The notes: generated from the letters alone by a model not told the origin. A DNA stretch of 63,271 nt, filler included, from Octopus bimaculoides (GCF_001194135.2; 5 parts of 5 records of this genome joined end to end with filler, not necessarily neighbours in it); one strand, 5' to 3'. Positions 1 to 13,379 are shown, counted from the first letter of the whole stretch. A program made the numbers and translations.

Positions 1-66
1 GTAGTAGACATTTTAACTCTTTTTGACCAATCGGACCCCATCCCATTCCAAAAAAAAAAAAATTAC

Positions 67-428
67 ATGAGCCACACTTACTACTTCTATTACTTCTGCT
101 GCTACTACTACTACTACTACTACTACTACTGCTGCTGCTACCACTACTACTGCTACTGCTACTACAACTGTTACTACTACTGCTGCTACTGCTGTTGCTG
201 GTACTACTGCTGCTGCTACCACTGCTGCTGCTGTCACTACTACTACCACTGCTGCTGTTGCTGCTACTACTGCTGCTACCACCGCTGCTGCTGTCACTAT
301 TGCTACTGCTACTACTACTACTGCTGCTGCCGCTGCTGCTACTATTGCTACTGCTACTGGTACTGCTGCTGTTGCTGCTGCCACTACTACTACTATTACC
401 ACTACTGCTGCTGCTGCTGCTGCTAATG
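67..428. repeat. Compound trinucleotide microsatellite (CTA/CTG-type)
   Basis: Direct reading: runs of ctactacta and ctgctgctg; explains the poly-Y/C, poly-L and poly-A/V ORFs in the track. Confidence 0.95.
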
Positions 429-539
429 ATGATAAATGCAACCCCTGTATGAAGATTAGTGGTTACAAAAAAAAAATACATAAAAAATAAAATAAATAAA
501 TAAATAAAAAATTTCTTAAAAAATGAAAATTTAATAATA

Positions 540-3250
540 ATTTAACTTTACTTAAAAAGAAAAGAAAATTTCAAACAGTACACCAAATCGCTTGTCCAAT
601 GGTTATTCTAGAACCACTCCATAAACTCTCAAATGCACACTAACATAAAACACAAATAAAAATTGGCAACTGCGTTACACAAGAAATCGTACAACAACTA
701 AAACCCGATCTTAATAAGATAAATGAAATTATTTACTCTGTTGCTAAGGTAATCAAAAGACGCTGTTTAACACCCAAAAAGCAAACAATACCAAATTCGA
801 AAAGAAAATCAAACTGGAGGAGTAGAATTGAAACTGAGATTGAATCATTGCGAAGGGTGATATCAATATTAACTGAGTTAATCTCTGGAAATGGTGTAAG
901 AAAAGGCAGGAAGATTGTGAGAAAATATGGACTCACAACAAGAGAAGAACTAATGTCAGCGAATGAAACACTCAAACAAAAAGTTCAAGCAAAAGCTCAG
1001 AGAATACGCAGATTTGAGAAAGGAATCAGATTCTACAAGTAAAATAAGATGTTCAAATCCAATGCCAAATCATTTTACAGGGAAAGAAAAAAATAACCAT
1101 TGAAAATCCACCCCTAATGGAAGGAGTTGAAAACTTATGGAAAGGGATCTGGAGTGATGAGAAACCATACAATGAAAATGCAGACTGGATCAAATGCACC
1201 CAAGATGCTTACAAAAATCTACAAGAACAGGTATGGGAAGACATCTCAATCACCAACCTAAGGAGGGCACTAACGAAGGCTCATAAGTGGAAATCCCCTG
1301 GTATTGATAGAGTACCAAATTTCTGGCTCTCATCATTCTTGTCCGCACACAAAATGTTAGTAATACTATTTAATAGTATTATGGAAGACCCGCAAAAAAC
1401 TCCCTGTTGGATGGCAAATGGTATTACTTACCTCCTCCCCAAAAATAACANNNNNNNNNNNNNNNNNNNNNNNNNNNNNNNNNNNNNNNNNNNNNNNNNN
1501 NNNNNNNNNNNNNNNNNNNNNNNNNNNNNNNNNNNNNNNNNNNNNNNNNNNNNNNNNNNNNNNNNNNNNNNNNNNNNNNNNNNNNNNNNNNNNNNNNNNN
1601 NNNNNNNNNNNNNNNNNNNNNNNNNNNNNNNNNNNNNNNNNNNNNNNNNNNNNNNNNNNNNNNNNNNNNNNNNNNNNNNNNNNNNNNNNNNNNNNNNNNN
1701 NNNNNNNNNNNNNNNNNNNNNNNNNNNNNNNNNNNNNNNNNNNNNNNNNNNNNNNNNNNNNNNNNNNNNNNNNNNNNNNNNNNNNNNNNNNNNNNNNNNN
1801 NNNNNNNNNNNNNNNNNNNNNNNNNNNNNNNNNNNNNNNNNNNNNNNNNNNNNNNNNNNNNNNNNNNNNNNNNNNNNNNNNNNNNNNNNNNNNNNNNNNN
1901 NNNNNNNNNNNNNNNNNNNNNNNNNNNNNNNNNNNNNNNNNNNNNNNNNNAGAAAAATCCGCAAGCTACTGACCTGTAATAAGATGCACCATCCAAAGGC
2001 AGACGTGTATCGTCTTTACCTTCCCAGAACTTGGGGAGGTCGAGGCTTGATCCAGCTTGAACTTACGTACAAAACCACCACAATCGGACTGGCCAAATAC
2101 CTTGAAACAACCAACGATTGGATGCTAAAACTTGTTGAAAAACATGAAAAACCAAAAAAACTTCACTCTATTCTGAATGAGAGCAAAAATTCGCTACTGA
2201 TCTCTTAGATACCTACCAGATCGATCAGGTTGAAGGAAATGCGTCGACTGCTGCTGCAAAGAAATGAAAATTAATAGCAAAGACAAAAGCACATGGAAAA
2301 TTAGCTAGCAGATGGGAACAGAAACCTCTGCATGGCAAGAATGTGGATCGTAGAAAACAAGCTGATGTCGACCAGAAACACGCATCAGTGGTTACGAAGT
2401 TCAGGGCTAAAAGCAGAGAGTGAAGGTTTCATATTAGCTGCTCAAGACCAAAGCTTATTAGCCTAGAACTACCAAACCAATGTGATAAAAAATGGAGCTG
2501 ACCCAAAATGGAGATTCTGTAACAATGAGATTGAAACTATAGACCACCTAATCTCAGGGTGTAGAGTCTTAGCACCTGTAGAATATAAAGCAAGACATGA
2601 CAGAGTCGACCAGTATTTACACTGGACAATATGTCGGCATTATAAAATCAAGACCGCTGACAAATGGTATAAACACCATCCTGAAGCTGTGACTGAGGGA
2701 GAAAATGTGTCGATTCTTTTGGACTTCCCTGTACATACCGACAAAACTATAAAAGCGAATAAACCAGATATTATTATAAAAGATCAGACAAAGAAGACGT
2801 GTTGATTAATTGACATGACTATTCCTTGCGATCATAATTCAGCGGCGAAAGAATTTGACAAGATCAGTAAATGTAAAGACTTGCTAATAGAAATTGAAAA
2901 AATGTGGCACCTCAAGGCGACTACCGTACCAGTGATTGTAGGATCTCTAGGAATGATAAAAAAAAGGGACTGAAACCTATTTGAAAATGATACCAGGCTT
3001 ACCATCCCTACAGGAAGTGCAAAAAATTGTGTTAACTGGAATGACTCATGTACTGAGAAGAGCATTATCATTGTGAAAACAACATCCATTCATGAATTTA
3101 TTTATTTATTAATTTTTTAAAAATACATATTTTACCTGTGAATTTGCGTGTGTAAACTGGGAATGCATACATTGAGCTTCTCTGCCCTAGGTGTACGGAA
3201 AACACTCGGCGAGAAATGGAAGAAAATTTGAAGAAAGAAGAAAAAAAAAC
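540..3250 (+). mobile_element. Non-LTR retrotransposon with C-terminal restriction-like endonuclease (R4/Dong-like), degenerate, copy 1
   Basis: LKQKVQAKAQRIRRFEK linker (848-1042); RT N-terminus AHKWKSPGIDRVPNFW...ITYLLPK (1117-1450, RT core lost in N gap); RLYLPRTWGGRGLIQLE; decayed CCHC (WRFCNNEIETIDHLISGC) and KPDIIIKD...LIDMTIP nuclease motif (2482-2830); ends in A-rich then (TAA)n tract. Clade call from domain order and (TAA)n flanks. Confidence 0.88.
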
Positions 3251-3306
3251 AACATAATAATAATAATAAATTAATATAATAATTTAATAATAATAATAAT
3301 AATAAT

Positions 3307-3506
3307 GCTTTTTATTATAAGCATAAGGCCTGAAATTTTGGGAGAGGGGAAAAGTCAACCCCATTGCTCAACTGGTACTCATTTTAGCGACCCCAAATAA
3401 ATGAAAGGTAAAGTTGACCGTGGTAGAATTTGAACTCAGAATGTAAAGAAGAATGAAATGCTGCTAAGCATTTTATTTGGTGTTCTAATGATTCTGCCAG
3501 CTCACC
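3307..3506 (-). mobile_element. tRNA-derived SINE, family A (CpG-decayed copy)
   Basis: Reverse complement aligns by eye with copies at 43590 and 57970 (gagctggcagaa...ctgagttcaaatt...aggccttatgc); flanked by (TAA)n and (CAA)n. Confidence 0.8.
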
Positions 3507-3550
3507 ATACTTTGATAACAACAACAACAACTAAAACAACAATAATAATA

Positions 3551-4335
3551 ATGGATGAAACTTGAAAATAGGTGGATAAAGAATGAAACTGAAAGTAAGT
3601 GGATAAAGAAAAAAATGCATGAATGATTTCATAGGGATGTTGAAGATAAGGCAGACAGAGAAAAAAGATGGCTATGGATGACTAAAAGTGATATAAAACT
3701 GGAAACGTAGGCTCTAATCTGTGCTGACGAAGAGCAAGCATTAAGAACCAATTACATCAAATATAGAATAGACAACACATCAGAAAGTGATAAGTGCAGA
3801 ATTTGTGGACAAAATAGAGAAACTGTATGGCATATTATCAGTCAGAAAGAATATAAGATACGTCATGACAACATAGCAAGGATTGTCCATTGGACACTTT
3901 GCAACCAGTATGGACTTGACAAAGCAAAAATGTGGTACAACCAAAAACTCGAAGGCATCATTGTAAATGATAATACAAAGACCCTATGGAATTTTATAAT
4001 TCAGTGCAACCATGAGATAGGGAATAGGAAACCAGACATAGAGTTAATTGAGAAAGAAAGCAAACTATGCTGGGTCATAGATATAGGATGCCCATATGAC
4101 ACGGTAGGAAGAAAGAAAAGTCAATAGATATGACAGGTTAGTTTGGGAGGTTGAGCAGTTGTGGTCGCTGGAAAAGGTGGTAGTAGTACCAATAATTGTC
4201 GGAACCCTGGAAACAGTGAGTAAAAATCTTGAGAAGTACATGGAACAAATAGGGGCTGCAATAAAGGTGGAGCACTGATAGTGAACTGGTAGTGAACAGC
4301 TGGTACATCTCCGGCATTAGAAGCTGGGCAAAGAC
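3551..4335 (+). mobile_element. R4/Dong-like LINE 3' fragment (CCHC + RLE), second subfamily
   Basis: ALICADEEQALRTNYIKYRIDNTSESDKCRICGQNRETVWHII; HDNIARIVHWTLC; RKPDIELIEK...VIDIGCPYD; stops and frameshifts; bounded by AAT repeats. Confidence 0.82.
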
Positions 4336-4349
4336 AATAATAAGTATTA

Positions 4350-4566
4350 TAATCTTTTCTACTGTAGGTGCAAGGCCTGAAATTTAGGGAGAGGGATTAA
4401 ATTGATAACATTGACGTCAGTACTCAACTAGTACTTATTTAATTGACCTAGAAAGGAGGAAAGGCAAAGTCAACCTTGGTAGAATTTGAACTCAGAACAT
4501 AGTGACAGGCGAAATACTGCTAAGTATTTTGCCCAGTGTGCTAATGATTCTGCCAGCTCACCACCT
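4350..4566 (-). mobile_element. tRNA-derived SINE, family A (CpG-decayed copy)
   Basis: Same family as 3307-3506 and 57970-58185; followed on + strand by (TAA)n. Confidence 0.8.
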
Positions 4567-4600
4567 TATAATAATAATAATGATAATAATAATAATAATA

Positions 4601-7600
4601 ATGAATGAAGTAAGTAACAAAACAAACCCAAACCCTAGGAATGCATATTGATCATCAAAATGCACCAAACCAGAACAACAGGGACAAAAATATAAAGGAG
4701 AAGGAATGTGGAGCAAACCTAAAAACTGGAAATAATGAAGTTAGAAACTATGATTATGATACTTTAAAAATGAGTATAATCAGAGAACTAAAAACCACAG
4801 AACTCAGTATGAACCACCAATTGTACCTCCTAAAACTTTAACTTGATAATAAGACTGTAACATAAATATAAAAAAACATAAATCTGGCCATCACAGCACT
4901 AATCACATAGAAACAAATGTCAATACACAACCAGACTAAATAAAATAATATATATAGCAGACTCTGTGGTTACAAAAGAAATTAGATACTCCCTCATATC
5001 CATCCAAACAGGAGTATCACAACCTAAACAAACATTATGAAAAAACAATATCCAGAAAAAAACACAAAATGAAAGAAAGGATCTGTCAATCCTTAATGAA
5101 ATTAGTAGGCAAAGAACACTACTGAGCAACAAATAAGGAATACAAATATTACAAAAGTACAAAATTACAGAACAAAGTATACCTGAGGTGAAAGAACAGC
5201 TAAAGCAAGATATTCTTGCTAATGTACAGAGTCCATTGGTATGAGAAATACCAACAATTCTTCAAACGAAACAAACAGTTCAACTCCAATCCAAAACGAT
5301 TCTACCAAGAACTTGGTAAAAATAAAATAAAGATTAATGCAGTACCAACAGCAGAACAAGTGGAAAAATTTTGGAAAGAGGTATGGTTAGTGAAAGAACA
5401 ATTCCAGAAAAGATCAATTAAAATGACAGACACTGCACCTGAACAACTTTGGACACCTATAACAACAGAAGAGGTCACCAAGGTACTGCAAAAACTAAAC
5501 AATTGAAAAGCACCCTGACACAATAAGATCCTCAATTTCTGGCCAAAATATTTAACAGGGACACATAAGATGCAAGCTGAGAAATTCAATGAGATGCTAG
5601 TAGAGCCAGAAACAACACCTGAATAGCTCATGGAAGGGAAAACCATCCTAATTCCCAAATCCATTGAAACAACAAACCCACAAAACTACAGACACATAAC
5701 ATATCACCCTAAAACTTACTAAACCTTAACTGCAATAATATCGCAAAAAATGGGCAAACATCTAGAAAAAAACAACCTGTTTCCAGAAGAGCAGAAAGAA
5801 TGCTGCAAAGGCTCATATGGCTTTATTGATCAATAAAGCCATAACTGAAGATAGACAAAAGAAAAAGCAGGATCTAAGCATGTCTTGGATTGATTACCAA
5901 AATGCTTTTGACAGTAACCCCACACATAGATCCTGGAAACACTAGCCATTAACAAGGAAGCACCAGCAATAATAAAATAAATAAAACATGCCATGAATAA
6001 ATGGCAAACAGTTCTGTAGCTCCAAACAAAAGAAGGAATCATAAAAACTAAAGCGTCTCCATTAGAAGAGGAATACTCCAAGAAGACTTGCTCTTTCCAC
6101 TTCTTTTCTGCATGGCAGGGATGCCTTTAACTGATATGCTAAACAGAACTAGATGCGGATACAACTGCTACAGTAAAACAAGCAACTATCTCTTGTATAT
6201 GGATGATCTAAAACTGCATGCTGCAAATGATAAGCAACTGGAAACATTACTACAGACAGTGCATAGATTTATCAAAGAAATAAGTACGAAATTTGGCTTA
6301 GAAAAATGTGCCAAAGCAACATTGAAAAGAGGAAAATTAATTAAGAGTAACAATATCAAACTATACAAAGAAAATGAAAGAAGAGAATTAGACCAAACCC
6401 AGACATACAGATACTTAGGAATCAATGAACTAGATATGGTACAATATACACAAATGAAAGAGAAGAAAATGAAGGAATACTACAGGTGAGTTAGAATAAT
6501 ACTTAAAACAGCTCAATGTGAAAAAACAATATAGGTATCAATACCCTAGCTGTCTCAGTTATAAATTACAGTTTCAATATTCTTAATTGGACAGTAAATG
6601 AACTAACTAAACTAGACCAGAAAACAAGAAAAATAGTGATGGAATTTAGAATACACCTCTCAAAATCTGACATAGATTATATGAGGGGTGCTGAAAATTT
6701 CCTGGCTTTTGGTAATACAGGAGGATCAATTAATTATGATTTTATTCAACATATTTCCCTCTCAGATCCACATACTTATTTCAGTAACCCTTCAGTTCTT
6801 CTAAACCCTATCAAAGAACTTGGTGGGTTGGGCCTCCAACCAGGCCTTTTGTGATACCCTTAAAGCCAGGAACTTTTCAGCACCCCCTCATATATACAAT
6901 GAATTGAAGGTGGCAGAGGCCTTGTACAACTAGAAAACTACTATAAAATAACCACCATAAAGTTACAGAAACATCTCACATAGAACCAAGGAAAACTGGT
7001 ATAAAAATCCACAAAACATGTGCAAAACGAAAAACTGTTTTCTGTCTTCAAGGAAGCTAAAAAAAAAACACAAGAAAGAGGTCATAGTACCTGACAACTA
7101 TGAAGAAAAGAACAAACAACAAAAGCTGTAAATCAACTAGAGTCTGAACTAAAACTGGAACTACCAAACAGCATGCTAAAATAATGGCAAGAAAAGCCCT
7201 TACATGGTAAATACTGGGATAAGCTAAACAGAAAAGAAATAGAGTAAAATTTCAACAATGGTTGAAAAGCTCAAGACTCAAAGCAGAGACTGAAGGGCTT
7301 TTAATTGGAGCCTCCCCACCAGAAACCACCAGAAACACATAATAAAGAAAGATACAATAAGTAACTGCAGAATATGTGGTGATGGGGAAGAAGTAATAAA
7401 TCATATTGTCTCTGGCTACCCAGTCCTGGCTAAGAATGAATGTATCCACAGACATGACAGATTTGGGACCTATATATACTGGAAGCTATGCCAGCACTAT
7501 GGAGTAACAACAGAAAAAAGATGGTATTGACATATCCCAGAAAAAATCTCAGAAAATGACAAAGTAACTGTATTCTGGGATATGTCAATACACACGGATA

Positions 7601-7862
7601 GAGAGATCAAGGCTAATAGACTGAATATAGTTGTCAGAAATGACCAAGAAAAAATGCCTTCTAATTGCTGTTTCAATCCCAACAGAGGACGATGTATCTC
7701 TAAAAGAAACAGAGTAACTCTCAAAATACAAAGATTTGAAAATAGAGTCAACCTGAATGTGGAGTCTAAAAACAGAAACAATCCTTATAATAATAGGTGC
7801 ATTAGATATAATTAAAAAACACACAGACATACACATAACCAAAACACCAAGACTTATGAATA
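4601..7862 (+). mobile_element. R4/Dong-like LINE, near full length, degenerate, copy 3 (3' end displaced to 13380-13480)
   Basis: Starts at a (TAA)n tract; FKRNKQFNSNPKRFYQELGK; GKTILIPKS...NPQNYR; LLFPLLFCMA...YLLYMDDLKL RT motif; FGLEKCA; GGRGLVQLE; SRLKAETEG; IKANRLNIVV (decayed RLE). Many stops. Confidence 0.88.
6682..6890. mobile_element. Tc1/mariner-type MITE inserted in the LINE
   Basis: About 28-bp TIRs tgaggggtgctgaaaatttcctggcttt / aaagccaggaacttttcagcaccccctca with TA on both sides; LINE reading SKSDID...IQ*IEGGRGLVQLE resumes across it. Confidence 0.88.
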
Positions 7863-8179
7863 TGTTATGGCGAGAATCATGACACCCCCTATGATAATGG
7901 ACTAGTTGAACTTGTATAAATAGCAGCGTGTTTGACAGAGTGAAAGATGAGAAATTGCAGGAAGTCGAAAGGTGTCATTAGTGAGTTTGTGGAGTCACGG
8001 AAAATTGTTGAGAAGTTGTTATGGTTCACTGAGAGTTGTTTTGGATTGGTTACAGTTGTTTGCAGAGTATTTGGGAATACATCAAGTGGAGACAGTTGGT
8101 CTACCCCATTCTGTGGTATTGTATAATACACTGTTATAAGTCAACGTTATAAAAGTGGCATACAGTGCCACGATATAGA
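7863..8179 (+). repeat. 5' LTR of Gypsy element
   Basis: Colinear with 13059-13320 up to about 8118; right boundary inferred from the PBS-like motif. Confidence 0.8.
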
Positions 8180-8329
8180 AGTGGTGATGAGTGCTTTGAA
8201 GCTTACGTTGGTCATTAACAATCTTTTAATGATACAAAAAATTTGTTAGTTATAGAAGATGTATTAGCTAGCATATTAAAGTTGCTAAAGCAACAGCAAC
8301 AGTAGCAACAGGTGTGTAGTAGTAACAGC

Positions 8330-11300
8330 AGAAAGAGTCGAACAACAATACACAATAGTTAAACAACAATACCCAAAAGTTGAAGAGCAGTTGCTGGAAT
8401 TAATATGGATGTTGGGAAACAATACAAATTCATTTTCTCCAGATGGCATAATGAATGCTATAACTGAATTTGGTTATAATCCAGAAGAGGGTATAACTTT
8501 TTCAGTGTACTTCAGAAGATATGAAGAAATCTTCAGGAAGAATGTAAGTGTTGGACAGACAATGAAAATGTGAGACTACTGTTGTGGAAACTAGGTCCTT
8601 CAGAACATGAAAACTACGGCAATTTTATCTAGCCTAAAAAAACAAGTGAAATTTGTTTTGAGGAAACAATTGAATTACTATCCAAAATGTTCAGCAATAA
8701 GAGTTCTCTGTTTAACACTCACTGGGAGTGTTTGAACTGAGTAAAAGAAGAGGATGAAGATTTTGTAAGTTATGCTGGAATCATAAATAAAATGTGCGAA
8801 AAAATTAAACTGAAGGAATCATCTCCTGACATGATTAAATGCCTCATCTCTGTGCAAGGTTTGATGGCAAACAAAGATACAGGAATACATGCATGGGTTC
8901 TCACAGGAGGACCAGAATTTAATCCTGCAAGCAGTAGTGGAAGAATGTCAAAGAATTATCAACTTGTGACAGGATGTGAAGAAAATTGAAGAAAAATACT
9001 CCTCTCAAGTACAGACATGTCAACCAGAAATAAATAAATAAAAAAAATGACCAAATCCATGCCATGGGTGTTGAGGTTTGCATTTTAAGAAAGACTGTCC
9101 ATTTAAAACTTGGAAATGTTTTAGCTGTTAAAAAATGGTACATAATAGCTCACACTGCATAGCAAAGCAAAAAAGGTCAGAAAAAAAAAATCTTCTAAAA
9201 AGGTTTGCTCGACAGAAAATCCTAACGACACCCAAAAATGAAAGTATGTGTATGTAAAAATAAACAACATGAACATGAAACTATAACTAGACACAGGTGG
9301 CAACATTACAATTATTGATACTGACACATGGAAGAAAATTGGGTAACCTACATTAAAGAAAACATCGAAAGGTGCACAAGGCATCACAGATGAAAGATTA
9401 CACTTCTTAGGCGAAATGGTAAGTGACATTACATTTCATGGTAAAACCTGTAAAGTAAAAGCGTTTGTGTTAAAAAATGCAACAAACTTGTTCGGTACTG
9501 ACTGGTTGGAGTTGTTTGATTTATGGGACCTCCTCATAAATCTGTTCTGTAAAAATATAAGTGATTGCTTTTCCAGTAAAAATAAGGTGTCAGATGAATT
9601 GAAGAAAAAATAAAAAAATGCTTTTCCTGAGTGCTATGAGATAAATTAGGTTTGTGTACTAAAACTTAGGCATGTTTCCAAATTAAGGAAAATGCAATAC
9701 CAGTGTTCAAACCAAAAAGAATGGTACCTTTTGCTGCGCTAAAATATGCCAATGAAGAATTAGACAGATTAGAGAAGATTGGAATCATCCAAAAAGTGAA
9801 ATATGCAAAATGGGCAGCTCAAACAGTGTGTATTAAAAAATAGAATAACAAAATCAGGGTGTGCTGATTTTTCCACTGGCTTGAATGAATGTCTGAAAAT
9901 GTGTCACTGTCCACTACCAACTCTGGAGGATATTTTTGCGAAGTTAAATGGGAGCAAGATATTTTTGAAACTGGATCTCTCTGATGCGTACCTACAAATT
10001 AGAGTAGACAAGGAATGCTCAAAATACATAACAGTGAATATGCATAAAGGATTATATAAATATAATAGATTACCATTTGGTCTAAAAGTTGCACCTGCAA
10101 TTTTTAAACAGGTTATGGATGCAAGGTTAGTGGACTGTGAATTCACAATTCCATACCTGGATGATATGTTAATTAAAAGTGAATCTCGTGATCAGCATGT
10201 CGAGCATGTAAAATGTGTTTTTGAAAAAATAAGAGATTATAGTTTCACACTGAATGAGCAAAAATGTGAATTTTTCTCACCTAAAATTAAGTATTTAGGA
10301 CAAAGTATCGACAGGAATGGATGACAATTAAAAATGTGCTTCCTCTGACTAAAATAACAACCTTACTAGCTTATAGAATTATTATCATATACCAAATATG
10401 CATGAATTGAGAGCTCCACTAAATAATTTGCTAAAAAATGATGAGAAGTGGAATTGGTCAAATAATTGTCAAAAGGCATTTGATGATATTTTTAATATCA
10501 GAATTGTAGCAGGCTAAATTTTGATCCTGCAGTGGAGATTGTTGTAGCTTCTGAATACGGTATAGTAGCAGTAGTCTATTCTTCTTTTCTATTCTATATA
10601 TATATAAAATTCTTTGTCTGTCTGTCTGTTCGCTATGCATTCTCAAATGGCTCGACCAAATCAAATAAAATTTTACAAGGTAATAGTATCAGACCCCATA
10701 AATGTGAACATGTAATTTTTCTTTTCATTTGGATTAAAAAAATATAACATTGGCACTGGTTCAGTATTATGTGTCAAAAGTGAAAGAATAAGATCTATAT
10801 TGTAATGTGATATAATATTGTTTCACTTTCACTGTTTCACTTTTAATTCTAATGTGATAGCACTAAGATCATCTTATTTCTATTATATCTTATTTATACT
10901 GCATACAAAAATAAAGACATACTACATATATACAACTGTTTACAAAAATAGAGATTAATGTATAATTTTTGTATGTTAATAATTTTTTGTTTACAATATT
11001 GAAAAAATATGTCACCAAATAAAAGATGTAATCTCTCCAGAAACAAGTATAAAGCAAGGAGGATTGCAGAAAACTGAAGGCGAGAGTCTCAAGAGAGAAG
11101 GGAGATGAGACTTTCTCAAGATCAGCAAAAGCATGCTGCAGCACGTCAGATGGAGTCTCAATACAGAAGGGAAATGAGGCTTTCTCAAGATCAGCAAAGC
11201 ATGCTGCAACACGTTGGATGGAATCTTAATACAGAAGGGAGATGAGACTTTCCCAAGATCAGCAAATGCATGCTGCAGCACATCAAATGGAGTCTCAAGA

Positions 11301-12865
11301 CAGAAGTGAGATGCAGCATTTCTATTGGACCTCTGTCTAATCATTAAAACAACGTTGTTTTAATGATTCAGCATTAAGTACTGAAGCATGCATTTGCTGA
11401 TCTTGGGAAAGTCTCATCTCCCTTCTGTATTGAGACTCCATCTGATGTGCTGCAGCATGCCTTTATTGAACTTGAGAAAGTCTCATCTCACTTCTGTCTC
11501 AGAGACAGACTACATACTGATCATCAACCATTATTATCAATTTTTGGATCAAAGAAAAGAATTCCTACCCATGCAACAAATAGGTTACAATGCTGGGGTA
11601 CGATATTGTTGAAAAACAACTTTAAGATGGAGTATTTACCATTCAAGAAGTTAGGCCATGCAGATTGTTTATCAAGGTTAATTCCAAAAAATACAGATCT
11701 TTTCAAAGATATCATGATTGCTGTGTTGCAAGCAGAAAATGAAATAAAAAACATTTTTGCGTAATGTCATTTAGGAGCTGCCAGTCACTGTTCAAGATAT
11801 AAAATTAAAATTGGAGAATGACAAATTCATTGCAAAGATGAAAGAAACGTTGAAGGCAAAAGAAAATAAAAATATCTGTAGCACAAATGTGAACCATTTT
11901 TCTCTGTGTGATAATGTGTTGATGTATTCACAAAGAGTTGTAATACCAGCCACACTACAAAAGCATGTATTAAGTGAATTTCATATGGGACACCCAGGGA
12001 TTTCAAGAATAAAATCAATAATGAGGAGTTACGTGTATTGACTTACTATGGACTGTGATGTTGAACAATTGGTGAAATCCTGAAGCGGTTGTGCCCTTGC
12101 AGCAAAGTCACCAGTGGTGAAATTCCAATCGTGGCTTAAGACAGACAGTCTGTGGTCCAGGCTACATATGGATTTTGTTGGACTGGTAAACAGCGTGTAT
12201 CATCTGATCATAGTAGACAGCTATACCAAGATATGTAAAGGCAGTCAACCAACCTCAAAGGTAACAATAAAGTTCCTTCATGAACTTTTTGTGCAATACG
12301 ATGTCCTAGACACCATAGTATCGGATAACAGAACACAGTTTTTGAGGTACAAATTTTAAAATTTCTGTGAGAAGTATGCAATCAATCACATCTCTTCTCC
12401 ATTGGACCACACAAGATCAAATGGGCAAGCAGAAAGGTTCATAGACACATTTAAGCAAATACTAAAAAAATTAGGAAATAAATTAGGCAATGATACTGCA
12501 CTAACTCAATTCTTAAGGATTTACAGGGTAACACCTAACCCAAACACCTGTTCAGGCAAGTCACCTGCAGAGCTAATGTTTGCCCAGAAGATAAAATCAA
12601 TTTTTGATAAATTGTTACCTACAACAAAAAAACTTATAGGAAAAACCCAAGAAACACAACAAAGTATTTTATTGTGAGAGATAAAGTTAATTTCAAAATA
12701 TATAAGAATGGAAAACAAGGTTGGGAGGATGGTTTAGTGATGAAAAGAATAGGCAGTATGATGTACATAATAAAAGGTCAAATACAACATTTGAACCAAT
12801 TGAAGACTAGTAATACCGAAGAGGAAGTTTGTTATGACTTGTTCAATGTTCCGACGCCAAAATAG
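8330..12865 (+). pseudogene. Disrupted gag-pol polyprotein of the Gypsy element
   Basis: gag ITEFGYNPEEGITFSVYFRRYEEIF and decayed CCHC (about 9095-9160); protease LITDTGGNITII (about 9280); RT KLDLSDAYLQ...RLPFGLKVAPAIF...PYLDDMLI (9803-10324); RNase H ASEYGIVAV...HTDHQPLLSIFG; integrase HMGHPGISRIK, WSRLHMDF, VSDNRTQF, SNGQAERFIDTFK. Many stops and frameshifts. Confidence 0.9.
10575..11506 (+). mobile_element. Helitron-like fragment interrupting the Gypsy RNase H
   Basis: 5' tctatatatataaaattctttgtctgtctgtctgttcgctatgcatt resembles Helitron starts; 69-bp tandem units encode ESQERREMRLSQDQQKHAAARQM, like RepHel N-terminal charged repeats; RNase H motifs stop at about 10572 and resume at about 11510. 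No Rep or helicase motif seen. Confidence 0.6.
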
Positions 12866-13058
12866 GTTGAACCTAGGTGGAACAGCAATAGAAAACATAA
12901 ACAAACAGAATTACTATAAATAGTCCTTAAGCGAAAGAAGTATTACAACTTCTGAGGAAATTAAAATCTCAAAAAAAGAGAGAGGTAATGATGAAAAAAA
13001 ATAGAATAAAATGAAACGAGTTGCACTTCCTACAGAAGTCAGATCTCAAAAGGGGAGA

Positions 13059-13379
13059 TGTTATGGCGAGAATCATGACACCCCTTGTGAAAATGGACTA
13101 ACTGAACTCATAAGTAGCAGTGTGTTTGACTGAGAGCAGAAGATGGGATATTGCAGGAAGTCGAAAGGTGTCGTTCGTGAGTTTGTGGAGTCGCAGGAAA
13201 TTGTTGAGAAGTTGTTATAGTTCATTGAGAGTTGTTTTGGATTGGTTACAGTTGTTTGCAGAGTATTTGTATTTGGGAATACATCAAGTGGAGACAGTTG
13301 GTTTACCCCATTCTGTGGTACTACATATCACACTGTATGACACTAAGGTGACATATAAAGAAACCATGTAAAAATAACA
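13059..13379 (+). repeat. 3' LTR of Gypsy element
   Basis: Follows the PPT; starts tgttat and ataaca occurs at 13374-13379 (6-bp inverted termini); right boundary tentative. Confidence 0.8.

Larger units (their letters stand above)
7863..13379 (+). mobile_element. Ty3/Gypsy LTR retrotransposon (Mag-like), degenerate, both LTRs present
   Basis: LTRs both begin tgttatggcgagaatcatgacacccc (7863, 13059); PPT aaaaggggaga at 13048-13058; PBS-like tggtgatgag at 8182-8191; order gag-PR-RT-RH-INT. TSD not resolved. Confidence 0.93.

Noticed and set aside
11084-11313. Regular repeats as a possible CRISPR array
   Set aside because: Contiguous 69-bp tandem units with no unique spacers, codon-length period, eukaryotic context, no cas genes.
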